A stretch of 64,000 nucleotides of DNA, taken from NCBI GenBank assembly GCA_010356995.1, contig ML996700.1, positions 744,001-808,000 of the forward strand. Direction: 5' to 3'. The stretch is from Trichodelitschia bisporula. Its lineage: Eukaryota. The notes below the pieces were generated by a model, which made no database searches, had not been told where the DNA came from, and saw only the letters and a program-made list of their open reading frames with translations. Positions 39,330 through 52,037 of this stretch are shown piece after piece (positions within the stretch are counted from its first letter, which is position 1; the number at the start of each line of letters is the position of its first letter). The translations under genes were made by a program, and so were the position numbers.

Positions 39330-40213
39330 ATGATCCCAATTAGTACTACACCTTATGACGCGTCGACAGCCCTCCGCGCTAGCCTGTGCAGCGAGCCGGG
39401 CAAGCTGTACGGGAAGTTTGTCCTCGCAACATTGCGGTTCAAAAATGACAACCTCATTGCGCAAGAGGAGGACCTATTTGTTCGCGCAATGGCGGAGTTT
39501 GGCGATGGCTTCGATAATGCAAGGCGCATGGTCCTTGACGAGACCGATGTGCCGGGTCAATACGGGGCTGCTCAAAGCTTCGTCGCCCATCAACTTGGCG
39601 AGTTGCGGGACCAAGCGCTCACACAGGCGCCGTTCCGGTCTCTCATGACTTTCTACTACTGCGGGCATACTTACAAGAGTCCGGACGGCTTCTCCTCTGC
39701 GGCAGACAGGGGTCGAATACCTTCATAGACTGGGAGCCCCTCGTCGATAACTAAAGCAACAATCCATGACTAGGACGACGTCCATAGGCAGGCAGGCCCC
39801 AACCGCCGGAGGCGCCGGTGCAAAGATGAGGGGACATGATCAGCCGTCAGCCTTTACCCCGCACGGTTGAGCTTGTCACGTTCCTACCTGCGCCGAACCT
39901 ATCTTGTGGTGTGATAGAGCGTGTCTCCTCGCAGCGGCCCAGCCTCGTCACTCTCGCCCGGTGCAGAAGAGGGATCTGGAAGGTCAGCTTGATGATGCAC
40001 GTCCTCGGACAGCCGGATGATGAAGAACCTCTAGGGCTCAGACAAGGGATCGAGGAGTTACCGGCTCAATGTCGTGCCCGTGTTATGGATGTGTGGCTCT
40101 CGGACTCCACAGTCTTCCTCTTGACCGTACCGCACGCCGATGCAGCTCGGCTTCAGGCCTGCACTGGTTTCGTGCCTTTATGCAATGTGTTCGAGCGGCT
40201 GGACGGAGGTTGA
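39330..40213 (+). pseudogene. Disrupted fungal caspase-like (peptidase C14-like) gene
   Basis: LMTFYYCGH (His motif of the caspase fold), then a frameshift (FIDWEPLVDN* in another frame), no catalytic D-x-C segment visible, then C-terminal piece VSLMMHV...VMDVWLSDSTVFLLTVP...GFVPLCNV. Confidence 0.55.
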
Positions 40214-41197
40214 CTGAAAGGAGGGGTCGGGTGTGGTTGGTTTCCTGGTTTTGTCGCTTCAGACATGGTTAGGACGTGATGTGAGCATGGAAGGAGCATT
40301 GTTACGTCAGGAACGAGCGTACTGAGTGACATGAAGTAATGTGAGCATGATAGCAGGAATGAGCAAAGGAGGATACTTGGTATCGCGTATTTAAGTTTCG
40401 AGAGGCTCTTACTCTCTTCCTTTTCTCTGTCTTCTACTTCAATCTTCAGCATTACAGTTGCCTTCGCACATAATGAGCTTTGCTCCCATCAGGACGTATA
40501 CTGTATGTTTGTGCGGTACATGCTCTAGTCGTATGCGTTATGCTGTGCTTTTCCTCGTGGTAGACATCTAGCTCCCAATGTAACAACGATCTTCATGTTG
40601 AGTGTACTGTTGATGTCGGCATCACGGCGGGTGAACGAGTGACGTTGAGCCGCCTTGAAAATCTTAGGGCCACTCAGAAAAGTCGTAGCCGCTCATCTCC
40701 GCAAAGGCATCCGGGCTAGGCAGCCACGACTTTCTTGAATGGCCTCGGTCCGTGCGCAAGCCATGCAGATACCCGGGTGTCGATCGCGGACACTTCAACT
40801 TCACGAGAACGCGTCCCATCACCCATTGAGCACAATCAAAAGCCATCTCGCTGCCTACTTTGCTCTCCATTGGCGATTTATGTGAAATTTGTCTCCTTTT
40901 TCATCTCTTGTTTATAGCGATAGTTTTTACCTCGTCCAAGGAAGTGTAAGTGAAAGACTAGTATGGATCATCTTGACCTCAGACTGACCTCTATTCAGCA
41001 TTACCTACGGTTAGATACATAAAATTCAACGGTCTCCAGGGTGTCTGCATTGAGGTGCCCAAGTCTCAAACTCCAGGCTCACAGCAGCAGGCTACAGGCC
41101 TGTACCAATCCGCTCGAAACCTGGTCTGCGCCCGCCTCGCGTCCTTCTCCAACAGCCTTAACCTCGATTTCCGTCTCCACCGCAGAAGGCATCCACC

Positions 41198-41794
41198 ATG
41201 TTCACCCCCTTCCGGCTCCTCACTCGCACCCTGGCATCACATATCCCCCGCCGCGCCCTAACCCGCAGCTTCACATCCCACCCCCCCGCGCTCTCCTCCG
41301 CATCTCCCCCCTCCCCCGAGGGCGAAGCATCACCTCCCGCCCTGGAAACCATGATCGCGAAAGGCGAAGACATCTCATTCGTCTCCGCCGACATCAGCAC
41401 ACTCATCCGCGACAGCGGGTGGAAAGTGCTACCAGATGGGCGGCTGCATAAATTGTTCAAGCTGCAGAGCTATGGCGATGTTCTGCGCTTACATACGCTT
41501 ATTGGCAAGGAGAGTGACAAGAGGAATCATCATCCTAGGATGGTTTCAGTGAGTTCTGCTGCGCGGATCCAGGGGCGCGTGTTGACGTGTTAGGGATATC
41601 GTATGCTTATCGTTAGGTTTAAGACGCATAAGCCCGTGGGTTTGACGGCGAATGATGTAACGGGCGCGAGGGTGGCGGATGAATGTGCGGGGAAGTGTCG
41701 GGCACGCTGGGAGGATGCAGATGGGCAAAGCAACAATGTCTCCTGGAAAGAGTCAACTGTTCTCCGTCGGATTGTTGTTCAGCAAAAGCCCTAG
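41198..41794 (+). CDS. Pterin-4-alpha-carbinolamine dehydratase (PCD/DCoH family), likely mitochondrial, 1 intron
   Basis: Arg-rich leader MFTPFRLLTRTLASHIPRR; GW..L..LHKLFKL..Y, RNHHP, FKTHKPVGLTANDV..AR..D. Confidence 0.8.
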
Positions 41795-42847
41795 CTAAGG
41801 CCGGCCACGACTTTCTGGAGGGCGACATGACTTTTTCGGGTAGCCCTTGGAACAACGAGGTTCGGTGTTCGGAAGCGAAGACGAACTACGTTCTGAAACC
41901 CGGGGTTCTGGAAAGCTGCCGCGGAGCTGAAAAAATATGTCAATGAGGTATGGGAGCACGAGGGCCGGCAGATCGACATGTTTTGGCCCAAGTCAAGGCA
42001 TAAAAAAACGTTGTCGTACCGCTGCAGAAGCGTAACATCGCATCTTGACTGCAGCTCGTTTGGGAGTGCTTTGCAAGATTGGTCTGCGACAGGCGCTGTG
42101 AAATCGACGGAGTACGAGGACCGCATCGTTGTGGAGGAATATTTTCATTAGGGCGGTATTGCGTGTCGGGGCTCCCTTTGAGGTCACTTCTTATGACTTG
42201 ATGCCCCGCATCCGCCTGTATACCCAAGCTCATTCAACGACCGCATAAACTGTCAGTTTTACAGTAAAAATCCCACTCACGCGACAAGGCCAGTGCCGCC
42301 AAAATGTAACGGCAATACCTAACCGCTTCCACCGTCATCCACGACTAAATTAGCAATCCCAACTGTACATAGTAACTCCCCACGCGGGGAAAAACAGTGG
42401 GCCCCACACATTGGCCACAGAAAGCATACTACGGTACCAGCTCGCAGCAGTGCAAAAGAATCTAGCAAACCCGTTAAGCAGAATTCCAACATTCGGTGTA
42501 CCGTAGACCGTCATTGCCTAGGCCCCGCCATCCCCCGTCGTCAGCCATCCACCTTCCGCCAGCGACATTCCACGCATGAGGCATATTCCACCGGCCTGGG
42601 CGGCAGGCGGTGGTAGCAGCACGTCAGTCGGGGTTACCACAGTACTGCGTGCACGCATGGTGAACTCTGATTGGTCGACAGGCGAGGCTGAACTAGGGTA
42701 CGGGCGAGAGAGTTTGGTGCCGGCGCGCAGTTTGCTGGCTATTGATTTTAGTTATTTGGCACGCGGTACGGATGTAAAAGGTACTTGTCGAAATGGTCTC
42801 ACGTCCGTCGTTTCCGGGTTTGAATGATGGGTGTGCGTGGCTACATA

Positions 42848-44801
42848 CACGTGGGCAATCCCCGGGGGAGGAGGGCTGTGGCTGGGACCGGATCAGGCTG
42901 GGGGGGGATATGGCGGGGTTGGGGTGGAGAAGTTTACTGCGTTGCGGGGTGGAGATATTCGGGAAGCTGCCTGCGGATTCACGGCCGGTGAGTGTACAGT
43001 AGTTGATGGAAGGATTCTTCTTCATTATTCAAAGCAGAGGATTGCGTGATTCCCATGACGCCGTTCAGGCGAAGCCAAGGGTGGTACCGTAACTTGGCTC
43101 TCAACACAATTGGAATTTTGAGATGTCAAGAAGCGCGCAGTGGGGTATCGCTCGAAACCCGGCTGCCCGCGAATAAGGTTACAGGTCCGTGGTCGACTGT
43201 GCAGCCTTCTCTCCGAGGTCAAATCATGTAAATATCTCCGCACGTGCAGCCCGTTCGCCCCTGGTTTTCTCTCCGGGATTCGCAGAGTATGCAAATCCCG
43301 CCGTAGATCAAGGCGCGTGTTAGAACTCGGCATCGTCAGCCGCGCCTGTTAAGCGCGGCGGCGATCAATCCTCATGCTGTCATCCTCGTGTCGTTGTTGG
43401 TCGTCTCGGAGGGATTAATCGATGTACTAGAACATTATGCCTGACGTGGTGGGGCAGCCCAGTTTTCGATGTCATTGGGCAGTCGCACCTGCCGCGTGCG
43501 GCTGCCGAGATCTCCAGACGCCGACCACTGCGCCGTGCGCTCGATTCACGACCGCATCGGGTACAACCAAACACCTCCAAATAGCATCGTGCGCACCTCG
43601 AAGCCATTAATTGGCTTGTCGTATCGATATCTACTTGACTAGCCTTCCGCTACCGTCCCTGTCCTCTTTGCCACAAGTACAGTGGCTTTAAGCCGATGGC
43701 CCCCTCTCTCGCTATCCCAAGACCTTAGCCTTTTTGCCATGGCCCGATCATGCTTGACAATTTACCCACAGTTGCAACACTACTGGACAATTGCGTCGCT
43801 CTAGGCGTGGCAGCGCAATGCTTGGTATGCTTGACTTCTGTGCTCCTTCCCTCTTTCGAATGAGCGACACTGGGACTGACGACAACCAAGCACCCTGAAC
43901 CACCCTGACCCGCCCGAAGGGTCATCGCACAGCCGATGGCAACATGCACGTCCTTGTGGAGTCGGGCCGCCGAGGCCATACTTGCACAGTCCAAGCGACT
44001 TTGGCTTCGGACACTCCACTACGGCGATGCGTCTGTCCGATTGCGTATCAACTTCCCCACGTGCAACACCATATCGCTGAACCCTCAACGGGAAGGAGGA
44101 GGATTCTTTCGCCTTTGCGCTTGGCCATGGTCGCCGAGTCGTGAGCTCTGCCAAATGAGATGTCCTGGCTTTCAGTACCCAAGCTTCAACATCTCTTGTT
44201 GACAGGCACGGTTGGGTGAAGGGAAATACGCTCCAAGGCCGCTGTCGGTGAACTTCTCACTGCAAAGGTCGTGCGGGCTCATGGTCTGGCTTCAGTTCCA
44301 TCTTGGCCACGGTTCGACCGGCATCAACGCCAATTACCTCTCCGGAGACATCTTAGCAACACGTTTATCCATGATCCAGTCCCATTGGTTCCGCTCTCAT
44401 CTGCACTTGGCAAGCGGCGGAAGAACAAGCGGGCCAAGGCTCTTGGTTGGAGTCCGTTGCTCTTGGCAGGGCGGAGCTTTCGCCTTGTCCAAGACATCTA
44501 ATGAGCGGAAGCTCTCGAAAGCGCAAATGGACGAAAGGCTGTGACAACCGCAGACATCTCGAATCCCTTATGGTGGGGTAGCCACCGTCGGTGCTAGTCT
44601 CGTAGTTGACCGCACTCCCTGTAGCAGCACACGATTGTGGCAACACTGTGGGGAGCCCTGGATTCCACTACCATACCATGCGGGCAAAGCATGCTCCCCC
44701 CGGGTGAGCATCATATAATATGGGCGTCCCTTGCCGTACAACCCATCCTCACGCCGCAACACACGCAAAGTCCTCCCGTAGCCGAGCCTCAACACGCCAG
44801 G
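42848..44801. promoter_or_regulatory. Pho4/NUC-1 E-boxes and PacC sites upstream of the phosphate symporter
   Basis: CACGTG at 42848, 43241 and 44058; CACGTT at 44360; GCCARG or CTTGGC at 43074, 43093, 44120, 44302, 44406, 44433, 44462 and 44796. Confidence 0.6.
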
Positions 44802-44821
44802 CCGCTCCGTGATCCGTCAAG

Positions 44822-46772
44822 ATGATTCTCCACGCCTACGACTACCTGTTCGCCATCGGCGTCATCTTCGCCTTCCTTGACGCCTGGAATATCGGTACGT
44901 GGTCCCCACCGCTTCGTGCTGAAGCTCCATTCTAACAGTCTCCAGGCGCCAACGATGTCGCCAACTCCTTCGCGACGTCCGTGTCCTCGCGGTCGCTCAC
45001 GATGATGCAGGCCATGTTGATAGCGACCGTCTGCGAGTTCGCCGGTGCCATGGCCGTCGGTGCCCGCGTCGCGGAGACCATCCGCACCAAGATCATTCCG
45101 CCTAAGCTCTACGCCGCCAACCCCGCCATGCTTATGCTGGCCATGGTGTGCGCCGTCGTCGGCTCCTCGACTTACCTCACCATCGCTACTCGTCTCGGTA
45201 TGCCCGTGTCCACCACCCACTCCATCATGGGTGGTGTCATCGGCGCCGGTGTCGCGTCCGTCGGCGCTGCCCAGATCAACTGGGGCTGGACCGGTGTGTC
45301 GGCTGTCTTTGCCGCGTGGGCCATTGCCCCGGGTCTGGCGGGTGCTTTCGGTGCCATCATTTTCTTGATCACCAAGTACGGCGTCATGCGCCGCAAGAAC
45401 CCCGTCAAAGCCGCCTTCATCACCATCCCCTTCTACTTCATCCTCACCTCCTCGCTCGTTGCCAGTAAGTCGCCCTGCCAACCACCGTTAACCGGCCCGA
45501 AGCTAACCACCTACACCCAGTGCTTATCGTCTGGAAGGGCGCCTCCTCCAAGATCAAGCTCACCAACGCCCAAGTCACAGGCACCATCATCGGCGTCGGC
45601 TTCGGCATGGGCGCGCTGGTCACCATCTTCTTCCTGCCGTACCTGTGGCGCAAGCTCATCCAGGGCGACTGGCAGCTGAAGTGGTACCACATCCCGCTGG
45701 GCCCGCTGGTGCTGCGCCGCGGCGAGATCCCGCCGAACCCGGGCCACGACCTTGTCAAGAACTACTACGCCGGTCACCTGACAGTCGAGCAGCTGGAAGC
45801 GAAGCGCGTAGCTGCGCTCGCCGACCCGGAGGCCGCGCTGCGCGCCCCGGTGGGCGACGAGAAGCTGGCTACCGATGCCACGACGGCCAAGGGCTCGGAC
45901 GACGGATCCGCTGGCCCCGTGCACCACGTGCACCACGAGAAGCCTGTGTACAAGAGCATGATCGGCGAGAAGCCCGAGGGTCCGTGGTACAGCGCCGTCG
46001 GCCTGTTCTGGTGGGCTAAGCGGATTTTCCTGCACGGCGTGGACAAGGACGTTGTTGGCAGCCAGGGCGGGCAAAGTTTCCTGTCTGGTGATCTCGAGGC
46101 CATGCATGCGCGGGCCGAGCACCACGACAACGAGGCCGAGTACATGTTTTCCTTCCTCCAGGTTCTCACCGCTGCGACGGCTTCCTTTGCCCATGGCGCC
46201 AATGACGTGTCCAACGCCGTTGGCCCGTTTGCGACTATCTTCCTCATTTGGCACACCGGTCAGCTGGGCAGTAAGACGCCTGTTCCGGACTGGATCTTGT
46301 GAGTTCCCCTGTTGCTTGCGAGGAAGGGTATGGGTGGTTGCTGACTGTGCAGGGCCTTCGGTGGTGTCGCTATTATCCTCGGCCTCTGGCTGTACGGCTA
46401 CAACATCATGCGCAATCTGGGCAACCGCATCACGCTGCACTCGCCGTCGCGCGGCTTCAGCATGGAGCTCGGGTCTGCGATTACGGTTATCCTGGCCACT
46501 AGGCTGAGTGCGTACCTTCTTCCCTCCCCTCTCCTTACCATTGACTAACACACCCGACAGAGCTCCCCGTCTCCACCACGCAATGCATCTCCGGCGCAAC
46601 CGTCGGTGTCGGTCTGTGCTCCGGCGACTGGCGCACGATTAACTGGCGCATGGTAGCGTGGATCTACATGGGGTGGATCATCACGCTGCCCGTTACGGGC
46701 ATCATTTCGGGGTGTCTTATGGGGATTATTATTAATGCGCCGAGGTGGGGGCTTGCACAGGGCGCGAAATAG
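44822..46772 (+). CDS. PHO89: PiT-family Na+/phosphate symporter (PHO89 / Neurospora pho-4 type), 4 introns
   Basis: AWNIGANDVANSFATSV, GMPVSTTHS, SFAHGANDVSNAVGP, SPSRGFSMELG, LPVSTTQCISGA. Confidence 0.93.
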
Positions 46773-47879
46773 GGATAAGGAGTTGGGTGGGATACTGGGG
46801 GGTTAAGCGTTTTCGTTGTTAGGTTTGGTACGGGATGGTTTGGAGTAATATGTATTCTTTTAACTCACGAGGCTGACTCTTTCTTTGATGCTTGATGATG
46901 GTGTTGTGTTCTTCGTGAGTATGGCCTGGCTGTGCCGGCCTTTGGGAATGAAAATTTCTCACCATGGACTCGCGATGTTCACCTCTGATGTCTTCACCGG
47001 GCAGGAGCATCCATACCATAGGAAAGGGCATCCGCACTCTAGGAAGGAGCATCCTTAACCGGGGAAGTAGCTGGGGAGGGTATGGAAGAAACCTTGGAGG
47101 ACAGGACAACAAGTATTTCTGGACACCAGCGGCTCTGCCACTCCCCTCTCTCTTCTTTCGTCTTTTCTATGTTTTTCCTCTGCACTCTTGCTTTTGCATA
47201 CCTTAAGCACATGCTCCCATTACTCTCACCCGAGATTGATGTCATGATATGACCAGGATGAGCAGATGACGAAACTTTAGCTCTTGAGGTCGGTGGTCTG
47301 AGTGGCTGAGAAGGAAATCAAAGAAAACATCTGCTGATGGGATGAACAGAGAGATGGCCATCCCCTAGGCAGAGCATCAAATATGATCCACCGCGCTCAA
47401 GTCTGGCTGATCGAGTGCCACAGCTCCGTTCCCACCATCTTCGAGAGTGCCTGCGCTGGGATCTTCGAGCATCTGTACATGTCGCGATGTCTAGTGTCGA
47501 GTCGACAGGTCCTCCTCCGTAATCCACTTCACATCGGAGATGCGCTCGACGGAAAGAGTGTGAGCGGGACAATGGAAGCGCAGAGTAATTGGTGTCTGCT
47601 GGCGGAAAAAGGCCCACACTCCTTCGGTGACTATTGCGGCAAAAGATGGACATTCAACTCATGGCACCAAAAAGTTAAGTACCCCGCCAGGCGTACGCCG
47701 CCCCCCAACGGCGCCCAGCGCTACAGTACATAACGAGCATCCCATCTAAATCTCTATCATGGTATTTAAAACCCTCTGACAAACGCCTTCGCCATGCAAT
47801 TCTCCCACAGCAACCCAACAAAAAAAACAGATCATACAACATGCAAGCGCCACCCACATTTTTAAAAAACACCGCTCAC

Positions 47880-50771
47880 TCAACGCCTGCCCCGAAAGTA
47901 GTCGTAATCCGTAACCACCGGCCCAGGCTCCTCCCCCGGCGTCGTCGCCGCGCTCCTTCCGCTCATGGACCGCGCGTCACTCGCACCCATGGGCGCCGCA
48001 TCGCCCAATAACCCGCCGCGCGCCCGCCCATCGGGACTAGGCGAGTATCCGCGCAGCGGGCCTGATGGCGTAGTGTGATACCCAGCCGGGTAAACAGTGC
48101 CATCAACCGGGCCATCCAACTGCGGGGGCGCCGGCCCATCCGCCGCACGCGGCGGCGCAGGCGCAAGCGGCGCCTTTTTATCCCCACCATACAACTCGCC
48201 ATCGCCATTCTCATCCTTGAAATCGTCGCGGTCCTTGTAGTTCGCAAAATCCATGTCGCCTTCACTGACAAACTCGAAACCCGCGTGCGGGGCCTTCTTC
48301 TGCGGGCCGCGCCGCAGCGAGCGCATGCCGTAGCCACCGAATTCCGGCGCTAGGTTGTCGTACTCATCGTCCTCGTCCAGGCGGCCTTGGTAAACCTTTG
48401 CCAGCATGTGCTGGGACTTGGCGTGCACCATGGGGGTCAGGAGCGGGCGGTACAGGGCTGGGTGGCCGAAGCGGACGCCGACGTTGTTGCTGCGGATGGA
48501 CTTGTTGTCGGGGACGATTGCGTCCTCCTTGGCGTCCAGACGCTGAGCATAGTACTTGAAGACAGCATCAAACTTGCGGCTGCAGTAGAGCTTGAATGCG
48601 ATCATGAGCAGTGGAAGTGGGGCAAGAGCAACGAGCATGGGAACATAGTTGATACCCTTGGCCTTGACCAGTGCACCAACGATGAAGTTGGATAGAATGG
48701 CGGCGAAGACGACGCGGTTGAACAGCGAGCGCCAGAACATGCCACCCGACTCCATCTTTGTGACGAAAACGTACATGATGAGATACTTCTTGAGGTAGCT
48801 GTCGAGGCAGAAGTAAAAGGCCGTCACGGGGAGGACCAGCGGCTGCAGCGTCGCAAAGCACAGCGCGACGGTCGTGTAAAACAAGAAGTAGTTGTAGTAG
48901 CTGGCGTAGTCGAATGGCGGCGGCGCTGTGTACTGAATCAGCTGACGCGGCGTCGGGCTGAGGAAGCGGCGCGCAAAAGAGCCCCACGCCAGGTTGACAA
49001 CCTGCGAGAGATCGATGGCGGCGCCGAGATTGCGCTGCAGCAGCCAGCTGATCCAAAACGGCGACACGTTGCAGAATGCAATCATGATCTTGTTCCAGAT
49101 GTCACCGGCGCGAATGGCGGCGTTTAGGTCGGCGTTTGAGTTGCGAACCTGGACGACAGTGGCAATGAACTGCCAAAGGGCACCGAAGACGGAGAAGACG
49201 ATGAGATTGTTGAACACGAAGAACGTGTAAAGTTTGGACATGACGTGCCGCTCGCGAGACGTTTTGGACAGGTCACCGGCACGCTGGGACAAGCGCCGAA
49301 AGGCCGTCGGCAGGATAAGATAGAAGAGTGAGGTCAGCGCGGGGGCGGCCACACCCTGGATCACCGCCCATAGCTTCGGATCGCGGTGCAGCTCGGTGTC
49401 GAACGCCTTCCAGACCTGGCCTAGGTTGGCCAAGTTGGATATGAAGACGGCCAAGAGGGCGTTGCAGAAAGTCCAGATTACGGTAAGCACAAAGATCCAG
49501 AGGTTGTTGGTGATGGAGCGCGTGCGGCGCGCGCCCTTCGTAAGCGGCAGATTCTGCCAGATGATGTTGGACGGTTTGGGTGCCAGGGTGATGTTCGTAC
49601 CGTGGGGGTGCTTGCGGCGCGCAGCGAAGGCGACTGCGTGGGCTTCGGCGACGGTCTCGTAGCTGGCGAAGCCGTACGACATGGCATCACGTTGGTCGAC
49701 CTGTTGGCGGACCTCGGTGATTCTAGTCTCCAGATCCTTGATACGGTTCGTGAGGTACTCAATGGCATCCACTTTTTGGCCCTTGATAAAGTTGGGATCC
49801 TTTTTCGACTGCTTACACATCGGCCGCGTGGCGGGCAGACTGTCGGGGTTCTTGAGGTACTTGGCAAGCACAGACTCTAGCTGCTTGACCAGTTCCGAGT
49901 GCTCCTCGATCATATCAGGGAGGTCTCTGACGTTGCGGGCGATTGCTCCGCGAGGAAACTCGTGCGCGCTTTGAACCTCATCGACAATCCTGACGACACC
50001 TTCGTCGGTGCGCAGCGTCTTGGGTACCTCGGTGACCTTGGGCCAGTTAATAAATTGCCTAGTAGGCTGGGGCACATATCTCACCATGAGAGTACGAGCG
50101 TACAGGCTGTTCTGATACTCCGGGCTCTCGAGGTACGCCCGGCGCAAGCGAACAATGGCCCGCGAGTTGATGTAAAGGAACACGCACACGACCAGGTCGA
50201 TGGTCCAGGCGATGGCGACGAGTGCCCAGTATACTTGACCGATCATGAACTGCGGTGTGAGTTTCATGAAGCCGGCAACGTTTTGGGAGAACTGGCGACC
50301 CCCCACGACGTTGACGGGGATAATGACGGCACAGCCGACTAACGACAGGACGAGGAAGATGTTTCGACACATGTTGGTGAAGCGAATGAAGACGGCGGCA
50401 TCTAGTCCGACCTTTTCCACCAATTGCTGCTCCTTGGTTGTGATGAGGGGCTTGACCCAGGCGAAGACGCCTTTGCCGATGGGGGGGGGGGCATGCTTGA
50501 GGTCAGAGTGTTTTATGCGCGGAGCGTAAACGACGGTATTCAACGGGCGGAGGAAGCAGAAGATGAGTGCGACGAGGAGAGTGACCCCGATGGAGGTTCC
50601 GAGAGAGGCGAGGAAGGCACTCTGTTGGATCTGACAGTGTTAGCAAGAGGAATTGCTCGTTGCGGAGATGCGTACCTGGGTGCGGAAGGGGTCCGACACG
50701 AGCCTGAGGAACTGTTCTGCGGGCGTGAGAGTCGCGCGCGGGAGGAGTCTAAGCACCGGGCTTGGATCCAT
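47880..50771 (-). CDS. OSCA/TMEM63/CSC1 (DUF221) calcium-permeable channel family protein, 2 introns
   Basis: VVYAPR, VGLDAAVFIRF, ARTLM, DAIEYL, LAPKPSNIIWQNL, SPTPR, PPPFDYASYY, METKMESGG-like (VTKMESGGMFW) motif; introns at ~50631-50675 and ~50039-50084. Confidence 0.9.
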
Positions 50772-52037
50772 GGTGTACAGGTGGGCTACTGGAACATGAA
50801 GATGAAGGTGCTGAAGTTTTGGGATATGGACAGGCCGCGAGTGGCGAGCAGTGTGGGTATTAGTTGGGGATAAAGGACAATGCTTTTGTCTGGGGGGATG
50901 TGAATTAGAGAACTAGCATAACGACAGTGACAAAGAGAGGAGTGCAGTGGAATGGAGAAAAGATCTTCAAAAGGAGGGACAAGCTACGACAAAGGTCGTT
51001 GGTGAGGGTGAGAAAGTCGAGAGAGAGTGATATGGATGGTTTGGTGGTTTGGTGGTTGAAGGGGTGCTCTAACAAAAGTGTTCCGCTCACCCAAGGGCTT
51101 ATCGAAAAAGTCATGTCGCCACAGTAGCCGGGCTTTTGCTGAGAGAGGGGCGCATGACTTTTTGGATAAGCCCTTGGCCCATCAGCGATCCCAGTCTCCA
51201 CCCCCAGTCCCCCAGTCCCCCAGTCCCTTTTTTGGGCCCACACCGCGTCGATCCAACGTCATTCAGTGGCTAACGAGCCTTCAGTCAATGACAACCAATC
51301 ACTCCGATCGGGCCGTGAAAGCTTGAAACGCCGCAGCTGTGAGCAGCCGCTGACTTTTGCTCTCCCTCTTCTTTCCTACGTCTCTCTTACTGGTGCAGCG
51401 TGAGAGACCGGCGACTACTCTTCACCTTTGCGCGCGTCTACTATAGCTTGTTACATGTGGAATGCTTCACCTTCGAGTTTCATCCCTTCTCCACACCTCG
51501 GAGGCACTCAATGCATATGCAGTAAGCAGTACATGAATCTACACCTTCACGTGCCAGCCGATATCCATGATGAGAGAGTTGCACTAGATGCACATTGCCA
51601 CACACTAATTCTCTCAACAAACTCTACGGTAGCTAACTGCAGCAAGAGCGACGTCGTGCTACTATGGAACAACACCGGATCCCCGCAGTGGAGTGGCACA
51701 GGAATGCAATCGCCTCTCATTCCAATGTAAGCAGCATCTAATCACCGTGGCGCGTGCGGGAGCGCTTAGCACTGCCGCATTGCAACCACCTAGGGTAGCC
51801 AGTATCCCAGCATCTTCGCGTCCATGCGCAAGAAGTAGCAGCAGCGCAAGTAGATATCCTCCGTAGCGCACCGAACGCCCTCTCTGTCTATCCACCAAGT
51901 AGCAAAGCCGCTCGTCCCAAGCATCGCTGAAGCGAGGAATAAAAAAAATGCGGCCGATCCAAAACACCTAGGTATATCCCAAATCAACAGATTCATCTGA
52001 GCAAAGTCAATCTAGCCAGTATTCCACCGTGACGCAA

